Positions 1 through 10,542 are shown, counted from the first letter of the stretch. The stretch is 64,000 bases of DNA from Candidatus Babeliales bacterium (GCA_963701665.1 OY969622.1:992001-1056000); one strand, 5' to 3'. Numbers and translations: made by a program. Notes: generated by a model from the letters alone, not told the origin.

Positions 1-218
1 TTGCTCTGTATACCATGGGCGAACAACAATTCAAAATCGTATTAGTCGATATTCTTGAAGATAAAGATGGTGTTCAATTACTCTGCTTTGAAATATTTTC
101 GATTGTTAATGGACAAGACATACTCATGTCAAAACCTATGTTCAAAAAACGAAAAGACTCATCGGCAACCTTAACCTTAGGGACTGATGAATATTCAATG
201 ACCTTAGAAATTCGTTAA
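1..218 (+). CDS. C-terminal part of a hypothetical protein running in from the window edge
   Basis: Frame is open from the window start to TAA at 218; no recognisable motif. Confidence 0.5.
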   Translation, partial: ALYTMGEQQFKIVLVDILEDKDGVQLLCFEIFSIVNGQDILMSKPMFKKRKDSSATLTLGTDEYSMTLEIR

Positions 219-250
219 CAGTACTCTGTGCTTTGAAAGTCTCTCAACAA

Positions 251-520
251 TTAGTTGTCTTCACAACATGAGCCTGATGCGCCCGGAAATGGCTCAGAAG
301 AACACATACATAAACAATAAAGAGGAAGACAACAGTGTAGATAGCAAGTTTCTTCACAACACGATGTCTCGCGGCTCAAGCGAGAACTGGTTGGCGGCCT
401 TGGCCATACCATAGAATTTTGAGGTGGTTTAGCAAAAGGAGTTTCCTCATCTTCCATAGCATTCAATAACGTGCATAGTATCCCCATACTTATCATAACC
501 ATAGTTTTTTTCATGCTCAC
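251..520 (-). CDS. Small exported Cys-rich protein
   Basis: Signal-peptide-like N-terminus ending LLNA-MEDEE; C-terminal SCCEETCYLHCCLPLYCLCMC; GGGGTGAG upstream of the start. Confidence 0.6.
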   Translation of the reverse strand: MSMKKTMVMISMGILCTLLNAMEDEETPFAKPPQNSMVWPRPPTSSRLSRETSCCEETCYLHCCLPLYCLCMCSSEPFPGASGSCCEDN

Positions 521-590
521 CCCTTTTTTTTAAAGCTTATCCAAAAATTCAATCAACATTCAACACACGAGAAAAATATGCCTAGGAAAA

Positions 591-760
591 GACGTCATTC
601 TGAGACAACGAAGTTGTCGTAGGAATCCAGTCTAATAAGATTTTTCATTTTAAAGACTGGATCCCTACGTTCCGCCTTCGTTAAAACTTCGGCGGACAGG
701 CCGCTTCTTACGGATCCTGCGAAGCCTTGGCGAAGTAGGACGGCTCCTCAGGATGACGCC
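591..760. repeat. Composite palindromic REP/RPE-like element with nested small hairpins
   Basis: Outer stem GACGTCATTCTGAG...CTCAGGATGACGCC, inner ATCCAGTC/GACTGGAT; nested CCGCCTTCGTTAAAACTTCGGCGG and TCCTGCGAAGCCTTGGCGAAGTAGGA units. Confidence 0.8.
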
Positions 761-890
761 TCTGTTTCAAATAATAATCTCCAAATTTTGTATCCAATCG
801 ATTATTAAAATACAAAATTCACAATTCAGAATTTTCTAACTTTAAGATAAGCTCTTATATGTTACAAAACTATCAATCCACAAAAAACAT

Positions 891-1931
891 TTGATCATGA
901 GAAAAAATATGTATGTTAGCTTTGTCGGGGGAAAATCGGGGGGCCATGTGCTTCCCTGCATTGCAAAAGCACAAGAAATAATTGCACACAATCCAACAAC
1001 AAAAATACTTTTTTTTACCAGTCGCTCATCATTGGATAAAAAAATTATCGAGAACTTCACCTGTATTGAGCAAACAGTATTTTTGCCGATGCAGGCTATG
1101 GTGCTAAAAAAGTGGTGGCGAATGCCGCAGTATGCAGTACAATTTCTGCGCTCGTTTTTTATAAGTATTGTTGTTCTTCACCAGTATAAACCACAGACGC
1201 TTATAAGTATGGGCGGCATCATTTCAATACCCGTTTGCATTGCAGCTAAGCTGCTTGGCATTCCCATCATGTTACAAGAATTAAATGTTATTCCTGGAAA
1301 AGCAATCAAAGCGCTCGCACCACTCGCAACAGAAATTAGCGTGTGCTTTCAAGAAACGCGCGCCTATTTTGCTCCGCGCGCATGCATTAAACGCGCGTAT
1401 CCACTGCGTTTCAAACCCTCGCTCGCCCATATAACAAAAAAGCAAGCGTGTGCACATCTTGGTTTGCGCGATGATATTCCCATCCTCATGATTATTGGCG
1501 GTTCGCAAGGATCGGTATTTTTAAATACCCTTATTAAGCGTTGGCTTGCAGCAAAACCGAGCACGACGCCATTACAAGTTATTCATCAATTGGGCGATTC
1601 AACATTAAACGAGTGGCAAGCATTGTATGCAGCGCATGGCATTCCTGCACTCGTTTTTTCTTTTAATCACGCGATCGAGTACTGTTATGCTGCGAGCGAT
1701 CTTGTGCTTTGCCGTGCGGGTGCAGGCACCTTATTTGAATTATTGTTTTTCCAAAAAAAATGTATCACCATTCCTCTTGAAACAACGGAAAATAATCATC
1801 AACTTTTCAATGCACAAGCTTTTGTGCATGAATATCCTCATATGATACGCATGTTCCGTCAGCAAGAATTGCACGATATAACATCATTTTCTCAGCATCT
1901 GATTACCGATCTTAGACAGGCCAATCAGTAG
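891..1931 (+). CDS. murG: Lipid II N-acetylglucosaminyltransferase MurG
   Basis: GGKSGGHVLP, GGSQGS, RAGAGT and HQLFNA motifs of GT28 MurG; true start may be a few codons later. Confidence 0.92.
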   Translation: MIMRKNMYVSFVGGKSGGHVLPCIAKAQEIIAHNPTTKILFFTSRSSLDKKIIENFTCIEQTVFLPMQAMVLKKWWRMPQYAVQFLRSFFISIVVLHQYKPQTLISMGGIISIPVCIAAKLLGIPIMLQELNVIPGKAIKALAPLATEISVCFQETRAYFAPRACIKRAYPLRFKPSLAHITKKQACAHLGLRDDIPILMIIGGSQGSVFLNTLIKRWLAAKPSTTPLQVIHQLGDSTLNEWQALYAAHGIPALVFSFNHAIEYCYAASDLVLCRAGAGTLFELLFFQKKCITIPLETTENNHQLFNAQAFVHEYPHMIRMFRQQELHDITSFSQHLITDLRQANQ

Positions 1932-3774
1932 GTTTTTGTCCTGCAAATAAAATATAATCATTGCTGCCACCTTGATAGAGTAAAGGATAATTTTCAATAC
2001 TCACTGCTGGCCCTGATACAAACAAATCAAATCCATGTTGTCCTGTAATACTGAGTGTTTTACCATCTTTCTCAAAAAAACCTGGGGCCCCATATTGTTG
2101 TATCATAGTCATAATTTCTTGTGTGACGCCGGCTTTATTTTTTGAATAGTTCTTCATCCAACCGAGCACTTTCTGATTGAGCGTTTTGGCAAAGGCATCA
2201 AGATCTTCTGTCGCCTTCACCTTTTCAGTATCAATAAATGAGCCGAGCAAACCACTGACTTGATCTACGCGAATTAACGCTGGCGGTACAACGTAATAAT
2301 ACGGCCCAAAACCAAGCCCCCGTGGACTAAAATAATCCACCAGCACTACAACACCTTGTACGCCAGAGCCTTTTGTATCATCAATGATACCCAGTTGATT
2401 TGGTGGAATAGTAGTAAGCACAGTCTTTTCATCAAACCTAGGTATATTGATAGTTGGTTCAATAGCTTCTTTTCCTATAACACCATCACTTAGACGTTTA
2501 AGAAATGCTTTTGCTTTTGCATCATCATTAGTAAGTACAAAAACAACAAACAATGCTGATTTTTTTTCTGAAACCTGTGGCCGTATAATATTGAAGGTCG
2601 CAACATCGCTACCTTTTATTTTTTGTTGGTACGTAGAATCATGGGTAATATAGGAAATCCACATCTGCCCTTCAGGCTCATATGGCTCATCAGTATTTTT
2701 TGGATTCAGCTTTTTATATTGGTCAGACGATTGATACCACACGTGACATTCAAGAGGATTAATATCGCGCACAACATTTTTGGTAGAGTCTTTGCCAACT
2801 GTTTGCGTATAATTGCCGATCCCTAATCCTTGCATGCCGGCATCAAGTCCTTGGCTGCCTTGAAATACTTCGTAAGTATATAACATCGGGTCAGCTGGAA
2901 CATAGGTAGGGGCCTTGTTGGGATCTTTGCTTGGTGCTTGTTGCATACCACAAATAGCGAGTGGCGTTAATGGTAATGAAACGAATGGTTTACCATTTTG
3001 CAAAAATGTTAATGAACGTTTTTCACTGCTATCCTTTGCAGGTCGTATAGAATTTTTGACCCAACTATCAGAGCTGAGCAAACTAAAGGTATCAGGTTCG
3101 AGGGTTACAACATAGGTAACGCCATTTTTCATGTATTGCAATGAAACTGCTTGCGTTGCAGAATTCAAGAACACACCATTAAATTCTGGTGTTGTTGTTT
3201 TAATACCAAGATACTCCACTTTAGGGATTGTTCGATCACTATACGCACGATAATGATAAATATTTTTTGCATCGGGGTAGGCTATATTTTTTCGAAAGAG
3301 AGAATTCCAATTTACGGGATAGGGCGGCTTACCACTTGAACTATATGATTCATATAAGAATTTATTATTGACATCCCATTGCACGGCAAATTTGAAATAA
3401 AGATCCATATGCCAGAGTGGGCCATTTTCTTGACCACCTATATTTCCATACGGGTCAACCTTAAAAGCACGCGTTATATCACCATCAATTTCTATCCCAA
3501 CAAATTTTTTGACATCTTCTATCGCTGCATTCATGGGCCCTGGGGAATCATTCCAAAACATAATTGAGTAGACGCAACCAGCTTGTAAACATTTACCCGA
3601 AAATGATTCTGCAATACCAGTACCAAAATTTACGGCATAATCTTTCACGGTGCCCCATGCATCAGTAAATGCACCCGTTAATTCATCTACATCATCGGCG
3701 TATGCACTCGTGATGCTTAAAAAGATAAGACTGCATAGCCATATGCGCAGATACCCTACGAAATTTCCCTTCAT
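1912..3774 (-). CDS. Exported hypothetical protein, 620 aa
   Basis: Long ORF with AGGAG RBS and signal peptide ending AYA-DD; overlaps the murG stop convergently. Confidence 0.75.
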   Translation of the reverse strand: MKGNFVGYLRIWLCSLIFLSITSAYADDVDELTGAFTDAWGTVKDYAVNFGTGIAESFSGKCLQAGCVYSIMFWNDSPGPMNAAIEDVKKFVGIEIDGDITRAFKVDPYGNIGGQENGPLWHMDLYFKFAVQWDVNNKFLYESYSSSGKPPYPVNWNSLFRKNIAYPDAKNIYHYRAYSDRTIPKVEYLGIKTTTPEFNGVFLNSATQAVSLQYMKNGVTYVVTLEPDTFSLLSSDSWVKNSIRPAKDSSEKRSLTFLQNGKPFVSLPLTPLAICGMQQAPSKDPNKAPTYVPADPMLYTYEVFQGSQGLDAGMQGLGIGNYTQTVGKDSTKNVVRDINPLECHVWYQSSDQYKKLNPKNTDEPYEPEGQMWISYITHDSTYQQKIKGSDVATFNIIRPQVSEKKSALFVVFVLTNDDAKAKAFLKRLSDGVIGKEAIEPTINIPRFDEKTVLTTIPPNQLGIIDDTKGSGVQGVVVLVDYFSPRGLGFGPYYYVVPPALIRVDQVSGLLGSFIDTEKVKATEDLDAFAKTLNQKVLGWMKNYSKNKAGVTQEIMTMIQQYGAPGFFEKDGKTLSITGQHGFDLFVSGPAVSIENYPLLYQGGSNDYILFAGQKPTDWPV

Positions 3775-3802
3775 ACACTCTCCTCTTCTTGATTCTTTTT
3801 TT

Positions 3803-3989
3803 AACGCAAATTCGATGAGCTACTATCGCAGGAATGCATATTGAAACAAAATTGTCATTGCGAGCGTAAGCGTGGCAATCCAATTATAAAATTAGTTCCT
3901 TTAAGGATTTAATTAAAGTTTGGATCCCCACGTCGCTTCGCTCCTCGGGAAGACACTCTTGTTCATTGTGTGTTTCATCGAATTCGCAT
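3803..3989. repeat. Palindromic repeat (core 3853-3955) inside imperfect terminal inverted repeats; MITE-like
   Basis: Core TGTCATTGCGAG...CTCGGGAAGACA; ends ACGCAAATTCGATGA / TCATCGAATTCGCAT. Confidence 0.75.
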
Positions 3990-4059
3990 CCTTTTTTAAA
4001 GTTCTTTGAAAAAAAGCATACAAGAATGATTGATCAACGTGCAATTACTTTAACAAATG

Positions 4060-5937
4060 TCACATTAAAATAGTTAGTGCATTACGATCTGTAGGATCAG
4101 CAAGAATTTTTCCCGTTTTTGCGTGAATGCAATATTCTTTGAGCGAAGGATCATAAGAGAATTTTTTCTTTTGATGCTTAAGTGATAAATAAAGATTCTT
4201 CCAAATAGGAAACGCAGTTGATACCGCATACACATTAGAACCTAATGATTCATTTTCATCACAACTCAGATAAAGCCCCGTCGTCAAATCGGGCGTGGAA
4301 CCCATGAACCAACAGATGCGCGAATCGTTCGTTGTTCCGGTTTTGCCGATCGCCTCACTGGCGATCCACTCGCCTGGTTTTCTTTTGCGCGCGCGTTCTA
4401 GCCCAAGACTTAAGACTTTAGTAATTTGTCCACTCACGCGCGGGTGTAATGCAATTTCTTGATGCGCATGCGCAGTAAAAATTTTGTGACCCCATTCATC
4501 TTTAATCCAGGTAACATAATGCGGTTCAATGTAGATGCCATTATTAGCGTACACATTAAACATACCTACTGCCTCTTTCACGGTGCCATCAACACATCCC
4601 AACGCAAGTGAAGGGTAGCGCGGCAGTGGCGATTTAATGCCAAACTTACGCGCCAACGTAATGACTTTATCAAATCCTAGAGATAATAACGTTTTTATTA
4701 AAATAATATTATTGGAATAAGCCAGAGCACGAGCGAGCGTCATTTCACCCAAAAAGGTACGGTCATGATTTCTTGGTTGCCAGGTACTGATTTGTAATGG
4801 CTCATCGATGTCCGTTTGCGCTAAGGTTGCGCCACTTTCAATGGCAGCGGCAAATATAATTGGTTTAAAAATCGAACCCATTTGTTTATGGGCTTGTAGT
4901 GCACGATTAAATTTCGATGTTTCGAAATCGTAACCGCCGATCAATGCTTTGATGTGACCGGTTTTAACTTCCATTGAAATCATACCACCATCAATACGCG
5001 GCGTTTGTTTACGCAACTCCTCAATTTGCTCTTTAAATGATCGATTGGCTGCATTCTGAATTTCACGGCTGAGCGTTGTTTGAATTACATAGCCACCGGT
5101 ATATAACCTTTTTTTTCCCACAATATCTTCGGCCATAAGTCTGATTGTTTCTTTTAAATGCGGAGCACAACAATCTTCTTCATGCGCACGTAAGCCTAAA
5201 GGACGAGTTTTCGCTTCTTCATATTCTTCTTGAGAAATTAATTTTTGCTGTAGCATAGAATGCAACACGATGTTACGTCGTTTTTGCGCAGAAAGTGGAT
5301 AGGTTAGCGGGCAATAGTGAGAAGGATTTTTTACAATACCCGCTAATAATGCCGCCTGATCCAACGTAATATGAGCAGCAGATGTTGCCCAAAAACGCTG
5401 ACATGCCGCCTCAACACCATAAATGCCGCAACCAAAAAAAACCTGGTTAAGATAGGTTTCTAAAATGTGTTCTTTGCTAAATTGTTGTTCAACCACAAGT
5501 GCTAAAAATTGATCTTTAATTTTTCGCATGAAAGTGCGTTTTGAATCGGTAAAGAGTAGCTTGACCAATTGCTGCGTTATGGTACTCGCTCCTTGCACAA
5601 TCTTTCCATGATACATGTTTATTAATAAAGAACGGATAATACCTTTGAGAGAAATACCTTGATGATGAAAAAATGCATGATCTTCTGCCGCTATAAAAGC
5701 ATTCATGACGTATGGTGACATATGTTTAATGGAAATCGGCGTTCTCTTATCAAAAGAAAAACGCGCCCACTCATTGCCTTGATCATCAAGGACTATTGTT
5801 GGCTTTCCCGGATTATAATGTTCAAGCACACTCAAATCAATGACGGTGTTATGCACAAAAAAGAAAATCGTACTTGCGCAACAAGCACTTATTAAAATAA
5901 GTATGATGAAAACATAGCGGGCAATGGTTGTTACCAT
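4060..5937 (-). CDS. Class A penicillin-binding protein (PBP1A family, transglycosylase + transpeptidase)
   Basis: N-terminal TM; AAEDHAF, QGASTITQQLVK and RKIKD transglycosylase motifs; SIFK, SNN and KTG transpeptidase motifs. Confidence 0.93.
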   Translation of the reverse strand: MVTTIARYVFIILILISACCASTIFFFVHNTVIDLSVLEHYNPGKPTIVLDDQGNEWARFSFDKRTPISIKHMSPYVMNAFIAAEDHAFFHHQGISLKGIIRSLLINMYHGKIVQGASTITQQLVKLLFTDSKRTFMRKIKDQFLALVVEQQFSKEHILETYLNQVFFGCGIYGVEAACQRFWATSAAHITLDQAALLAGIVKNPSHYCPLTYPLSAQKRRNIVLHSMLQQKLISQEEYEEAKTRPLGLRAHEEDCCAPHLKETIRLMAEDIVGKKRLYTGGYVIQTTLSREIQNAANRSFKEQIEELRKQTPRIDGGMISMEVKTGHIKALIGGYDFETSKFNRALQAHKQMGSIFKPIIFAAAIESGATLAQTDIDEPLQISTWQPRNHDRTFLGEMTLARALAYSNNIILIKTLLSLGFDKVITLARKFGIKSPLPRYPSLALGCVDGTVKEAVGMFNVYANNGIYIEPHYVTWIKDEWGHKIFTAHAHQEIALHPRVSGQITKVLSLGLERARKRKPGEWIASEAIGKTGTTNDSRICWFMGSTPDLTTGLYLSCDENESLGSNVYAVSTAFPIWKNLYLSLKHQKKKFSYDPSLKEYCIHAKTGKILADPTDRNALTILM

Positions 5938-5958
5938 AAAATATATATAAAAAAGATA

Positions 5959-5978
5959 AGGGTCGCTTATGCGACCCT
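5959..5978. terminator. Hairpin downstream of the 6041-6298 gene, possible terminator
   Basis: AGGGTCGC-TTAT-GCGACCCT perfect stem; T-rich tail on the minus strand. Confidence 0.5.
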
Positions 5979-6040
5979 AGTAGTATTTATTGCATGACTG
6001 TTGTTAAGCCTGACAGTCACTTACTGCCTAACTTAATTTA

Positions 6041-6298
6041 TTATACTAACTTATTTTCTTGTTCGTCCTCAAAACCTAAGAAAGCTCTAACAGATGGGCA
6101 TTTCAATGCGGCATACACACCAATTCCAGCAGCAACAGTCAACCCAAGAGCAATTCTATGTTTTACACAGAATGTTTTTGCTTGTGCATAGTACGCTGAA
6201 ATTTTAGATGGAGCAGCTGGTGCAGTTTCATTGCCGTACATATTTACGCCAGTAAACAACAATGCACTTAATGTTGTAATAAAAATTTGTTTTTTCAT
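6041..6298 (-). CDS. Small exported or membrane protein
   Basis: AGGAG RBS before MKKQIF; signal peptide plus a second hydrophobic helix. Confidence 0.65.
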   Translation of the reverse strand: MKKQIFITTLSALLFTGVNMYGNETAPAAPSKISAYYAQAKTFCVKHRIALGLTVAAGIGVYAALKCPSVRAFLGFEDEQENKLV

Positions 6299-6422
6299 TG
6301 AATATGAACTCCTAACATGAAATGTATCAAACTTAACAACTGTGGTAAAATGTACTTGAATAATATTATTTGTCAATATAAGATAGAGTACGTTTTGAAA
6401 CAATGCCCAAATAAAAAACGCT

Positions 6423-6875
6423 GTGAATCATATAATTACACATTTTGTCTTACTGTTTTTCTTTCTTGATGTAACACTTATTGGTTTTTTTAAATACCAA
6501 TGTGTCCACATGCTTTTGAGTTTATATTGTGCATCGCGCATAGTAGCTGAACGTATGCTCTTTGATGAAATATTGCTCATAATTCTTTTCTTAATTGAAC
6601 AATGTTTACTTGATGATATGTTTGGGGTGCATCTTATCTATGTTTTACCCCTCATGGCATGCATCAACCTCCTTCAACCATTTTTTCGCCTAGATTTAGC
6701 CATACTTCCCTGCGCCTCGTTTATTTTTTTATTCTGCGCTCGCACCCTCTTTACCCATGGGTTTACAGGGATAAATACCTATATCTTTTATGAACTTTGT
6801 GCTAATATAGGTATTATACTGCTGTTCTTGAAATATATAGTTAAAGGTAGACTAGACAATCGCTTGTGCGCTTAG
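6423..6875 (+). CDS. Small polytopic membrane protein (MreD-like size and hydrophobicity; identity not established)
   Basis: 150 aa, almost entirely hydrophobic; last 38 nt overlap rnpB. Confidence 0.5.
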   Translation: MNHIITHFVLLFFFLDVTLIGFFKYQCVHMLLSLYCASRIVAERMLFDEILLIILFLIEQCLLDDMFGVHLIYVLPLMACINLLQPFFRLDLAILPCASFIFLFCARTLFTHGFTGINTYIFYELCANIGIILLFLKYIVKGRLDNRLCA

Positions 6876-7200
6876 CACAGGAGGAAAGTCCGGACTCCAA
6901 ACGAGCTAAGTACCTTAAAAGACTCCGGTCAATTAAGGGGGATGCAAATCCATGGATAGTGCCACAGAAAATAACCGCCGTTTACTCACGTAATCGGTAA
7001 GGCTGAAAACGGGTGGTAAGAGCGCACGCGTTATCATAGTAATATGATAATGGGGTAAACCCTACTTGGAGCAAGACAAAATAGGCATGTTCGGTTGTTC
7101 GTTCCGGTTTAAACATGCGGGTATGTCGCCTAGATAAATGATTGTCATTTTTATTGTTCGCTTTAAAAAACAGAATCCGGCTTATTGTCTACCTTAACTA
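6838..7200 (+). ncRNA. rnpB: RNase P RNA (bacterial type A-like, apparently lacking P18)
   Basis: GAGGAAAGTCCGG, AGTGCCACAGAAA, GGTAAACCC, GAGCAAG and ACAGAATCCGGCTTA conserved boxes; P1 TAGTTAAAGGTAGAC/GTCTACCTTAACTA; P2 GACAATC/GATTGTC. Confidence 0.96.
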
Positions 7201-7212
7201 GCTGAGTTACTA

Positions 7213-7914
7213 ATGAATGCAAAAAAACTATTATGGCTACTTCCATTCCTCTGTTTTTTACTGACCTATGCCATTCTCCATAAAATTTTTACAAAACCAC
7301 CATTTCTAACACCATCTGTTGTTGGAAAACAACTTCCCGAAGCCTTGAGTATTCTCTCGCAGCATACGCTCAACACGCGATTATGTGCACTCACCGAAAA
7401 TAATGATGTCCCTGAAGGCACGGTTCTCAATCAACATCCACTCGCCCATAACTCCATTCGCCCGCATCAAACGGTTTTTCTCACCATTTCAAAACGACAA
7501 GAAAGAATGTTAGCGCCCGATCTTGCCCATCTTTCGCGCGAGGTTATTGCAACATTGTTTGAACAACATGGCATCAGTGCTAAGTGGTACGAACTTTCCA
7601 GTCCTCTACCACGCCATCATTGTATTGCGCAAATTCCCCATGCTCATGAATTGCTCGAAGAAGATAAAAGAATGATTGTATATGTTTCGTCAGGTGAACA
7701 AAAACCGGTCATATTGCCCTCGTTCAAAGGTTTGTGCGTTGACGAGGTTATGCAGTTTTTAGAAAGTCACGGCATCAAAACAACTATCTTTCATGCAAAA
7801 GCTATGGGTCAAAACCACATATGTTCATCATGCACGGTGCTTGAACAAAAACCATTGGCTGGTTCATTTATTGATTTACAAAAACCTCTGACGGTATATT
7901 TATATGTACAATGA
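7213..7914 (+). CDS. Membrane-anchored PASTA-domain protein
   Basis: N-terminal TM, then three PASTA-like repeats (PSVVGK...GTVLNQHP; PDL...IAQIP; PSFKG...VLEQKP). Confidence 0.8.
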   Translation: MNAKKLLWLLPFLCFLLTYAILHKIFTKPPFLTPSVVGKQLPEALSILSQHTLNTRLCALTENNDVPEGTVLNQHPLAHNSIRPHQTVFLTISKRQERMLAPDLAHLSREVIATLFEQHGISAKWYELSSPLPRHHCIAQIPHAHELLEEDKRMIVYVSSGEQKPVILPSFKGLCVDEVMQFLESHGIKTTIFHAKAMGQNHICSSCTVLEQKPLAGSFIDLQKPLTVYLYVQ

Positions 7915-7969
7915 GTCATATGTCTCAAAAATTATCGCTTAAGAGCAATCAATTTCTATAGGGGAGTTC

Positions 7970-8866
7970 ATGAAAATAAGTATCAAAAATTATTTTGTTA
8001 TTCTGTTATTGTACTCGTCACTTTCATTCAGCATGGAACAACCTGAACGAGCGTTAACACGTGAACTTGCTCAATTAAGAAATGCATTAAATACTTTGGA
8101 ACAAAAACTTAAACTTACAAAACAAGGTCCTCAAGAAGAATTCTTAGATGCTGCTTCTTTAGAACGATTACCCGATGAAGTAATCCTACTGATTATTGAT
8201 GAAAGAATACCTCACCATTTTGAAAATGCTCAACAAATAATTAACACAATAAATAGTATGTTATCATTTGTTAATACGAGTAAAAGATTCAAGGAACAAT
8301 TTGAAAATTATGTAAAAACAAAACTTAGTAGAGCATTACAAGCAAGTAAGGAAATTTCTGTAAAACCTAAATATCCAGGCTTTGCGGAACATTTAGAAAG
8401 AAATCCAATTTTAAAAGAACAACAGAAAATAATAAATGAAGCGTTATTGCTAGCATTCCAAGCAAATAATCTACCTGCTTTAAGAATACTTCTTGAAAAT
8501 GGTGCCAATGTTGATACAGAATATATAGAGGGCTTACAAAACCTTACGTTACTTATGATAGCTCTTGCACAACAAAATATAGCCAAAGTAAACTTTTTAC
8601 TTTCCTTTGTTAATGAGAAAAATGGAAATGCGATTCTTAATCATCGAACGATCAACTCTGATGAAACCCCGCTTCAAATTGCGATAGAGAATAATTTCGT
8701 AGAAGGTATCGAAGCATTATTTAAAGCAGCTCTAAAAAATTATGTAAGAGAACTGGACCCTAACTTAACACCGAATCGAATACAACAGATTCACGGGCTT
8801 CTTTGGCCAAAATTAATGGAATTTTATAATAAATATAATGTTCGCGTAATGAGGTATTGGACCTAG
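7970..8866 (+). CDS. Exported ankyrin-repeat protein with F-box-like motif
   Basis: Signal ending SFS-MEQ; SLERLPDEVILLII; LLENGANVD, TLLMIA and ETPLQIA ankyrin motifs. Confidence 0.75.
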   Translation: MKISIKNYFVILLLYSSLSFSMEQPERALTRELAQLRNALNTLEQKLKLTKQGPQEEFLDAASLERLPDEVILLIIDERIPHHFENAQQIINTINSMLSFVNTSKRFKEQFENYVKTKLSRALQASKEISVKPKYPGFAEHLERNPILKEQQKIINEALLLAFQANNLPALRILLENGANVDTEYIEGLQNLTLLMIALAQQNIAKVNFLLSFVNEKNGNAILNHRTINSDETPLQIAIENNFVEGIEALFKAALKNYVRELDPNLTPNRIQQIHGLLWPKLMEFYNKYNVRVMRYWT

Positions 8867-9831
8867 AAAATTTCTTTAAAAAACGATTCTCTGGATTTAT
8901 TTCCAAAAACTACCTGATACAAACCTTGCAATAATGGTAACTTCAATTGTCTTCGCTCACACAATTGTTGAATGGCTTTGAGGGTCGTAACACTTTCTGG
9001 CACGGCGTGCATGGAAGCAAGTATCGCATCTAATTTTTCACCAGCACCTAAGCGATGCCCAACGGTTCTATTCCGGCTTCTACCGTACGCCGTTAATACA
9101 AGATCTCCAATACCCGCAAAAGAATCCACCGTTTCTTTCTTCCCGCCGAGTGCATCAACCGCATACTTTAATTCTTTGAAAGCGTACGTTAGCACTGCAG
9201 CTTGCGTTGATTCGCTGTAACGAGCGCCATCCAGCATGCCAATCAATAATGCTATGCAATTTTTTAAGGCACCACATATTTGTAAACCGAGCACATCATC
9301 ACAAGCAACAAGATGCAAACTATCGTTTTTTAACAGGTTTATAACTTCAGCTGTTATCTTCGCATCAGAACCTGCACAATTTACGACAATCTTTTGTTGT
9401 GCAACAATATCGTGCGCATAACTCGGGCCTGAGATAACGACTTTCTTTGTTTCACGAGAATAGACATCATCAATGATTCCAGAAGGAAATAATAACGAAT
9501 CTTCTTCTATGCCTTTACTCAGTATCACCCAAACATGTTCTTCATGGTTGCTGCTTTTTACCTGTTGCGCAACAGAACGCAAAAATTTTGTTGGAATTGC
9601 TTCAAAAATATATGAACTATTTTGTATTGCGAGCGCAATATCATGAAAGGGTGTAATTGATTCGGGGATTTTTACGCCTTTACATGCATAACTATTCTCT
9701 CGTTTTTCTTTGATGTGGCGATACACTTCCTGATCGTAACACCACCATTGTACCGTGTGCCCATTGCGCGCGAGTACTAAAGCGAGTGCCGTACCAAAAG
9801 CACCCTCGCCAAGAACCGTAACGATGCTCAT
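8863..9831 (-). CDS. gpsA: NAD(P)H-dependent glycerol-3-phosphate dehydrogenase
   Basis: VLGEGAFGTALA, LSKGIE, ISGPSYA, GALKN, GIGDLVLT and SRN motifs. Confidence 0.93.
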   Translation of the reverse strand: MSIVTVLGEGAFGTALALVLARNGHTVQWWCYDQEVYRHIKEKRENSYACKGVKIPESITPFHDIALAIQNSSYIFEAIPTKFLRSVAQQVKSSNHEEHVWVILSKGIEEDSLLFPSGIIDDVYSRETKKVVISGPSYAHDIVAQQKIVVNCAGSDAKITAEVINLLKNDSLHLVACDDVLGLQICGALKNCIALLIGMLDGARYSESTQAAVLTYAFKELKYAVDALGGKKETVDSFAGIGDLVLTAYGRSRNRTVGHRLGAGEKLDAILASMHAVPESVTTLKAIQQLCERRQLKLPLLQGLYQVVFGNKSRESFFKEIF

Positions 9832-10526
9832 GAGCCCATATTCCTTTGAATGCGCTTAAATTCTGAAAGGGCTCCTGCTAAATCTTGTTCGGTTATTTCT
9901 GGCCACAAGCAATCAAGAAAACATAATTCACTATAGGCCGCTTGAAAGAGCAAAAAATTACTCAATCGTTTTGTGCCGCCCGTGCGAATAATAAGTTCCG
10001 GTTCAGGAATATTCCCCATCCATAAATATTTTTTGAATATTTCTTCGGTGAAATCTTCAAGGGCAAGAAGGCCATTTTTAATATGTGTAATCATCTTTTT
10101 AACAGCACCAAAAATTTCCTGCTGGCCACCATAACAGAATAGTAAATTGAGATTTAAGGCTGAGCAATCTCGCGTTTTTTCTTCAACCGTTGCAATAGTT
10201 GCACGAATTACTTCGGGAAATAACGTTTCATCCCCAATAAAACGGATATGCACTCCTTGCTCAATAAATTTTGCTAAATTTTCTGTCAGTACCGTTATCA
10301 AAAGGGAAAAAAGATGAGATACCTCTTGTTCTGACCGCTTAAAGTTTTCAATCGAGAATGTATACAGTGATACATATTTAATATTATTATCCAATGCAAA
10401 CTGTATAACTCTTTTTACGGATTCAGCACCTTGGTTATGGCCAAACCAGGGCGTAAGTCCTTGCTTTTTTGCCCAACGGCGATTGCCATCCATGATGCAG
10501 GCGAGATGTTGTATCATGCTACTCAT
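9828..10526 (-). CDS. uppS: Undecaprenyl diphosphate synthase
   Basis: HLACIMDGNRRWA, YTFSIENFKR, IIRTGGTKRLSNFLL. Confidence 0.96.
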   Translation of the reverse strand: MSSMIQHLACIMDGNRRWAKKQGLTPWFGHNQGAESVKRVIQFALDNNIKYVSLYTFSIENFKRSEQEVSHLFSLLITVLTENLAKFIEQGVHIRFIGDETLFPEVIRATIATVEEKTRDCSALNLNLLFCYGGQQEIFGAVKKMITHIKNGLLALEDFTEEIFKKYLWMGNIPEPELIIRTGGTKRLSNFLLFQAAYSELCFLDCLWPEITEQDLAGALSEFKRIQRNMGS

Positions 10527-10542
10527 TTTCCTTTGAAGCTAA

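Noticed and set aside
591..760. Palindromic repeats as riboswitches or tRNA-like genes
   Set aside because: Multi-copy, present in both orientations, mostly between convergent or unrelated genes, and with no recognisable aptamer or cloverleaf.
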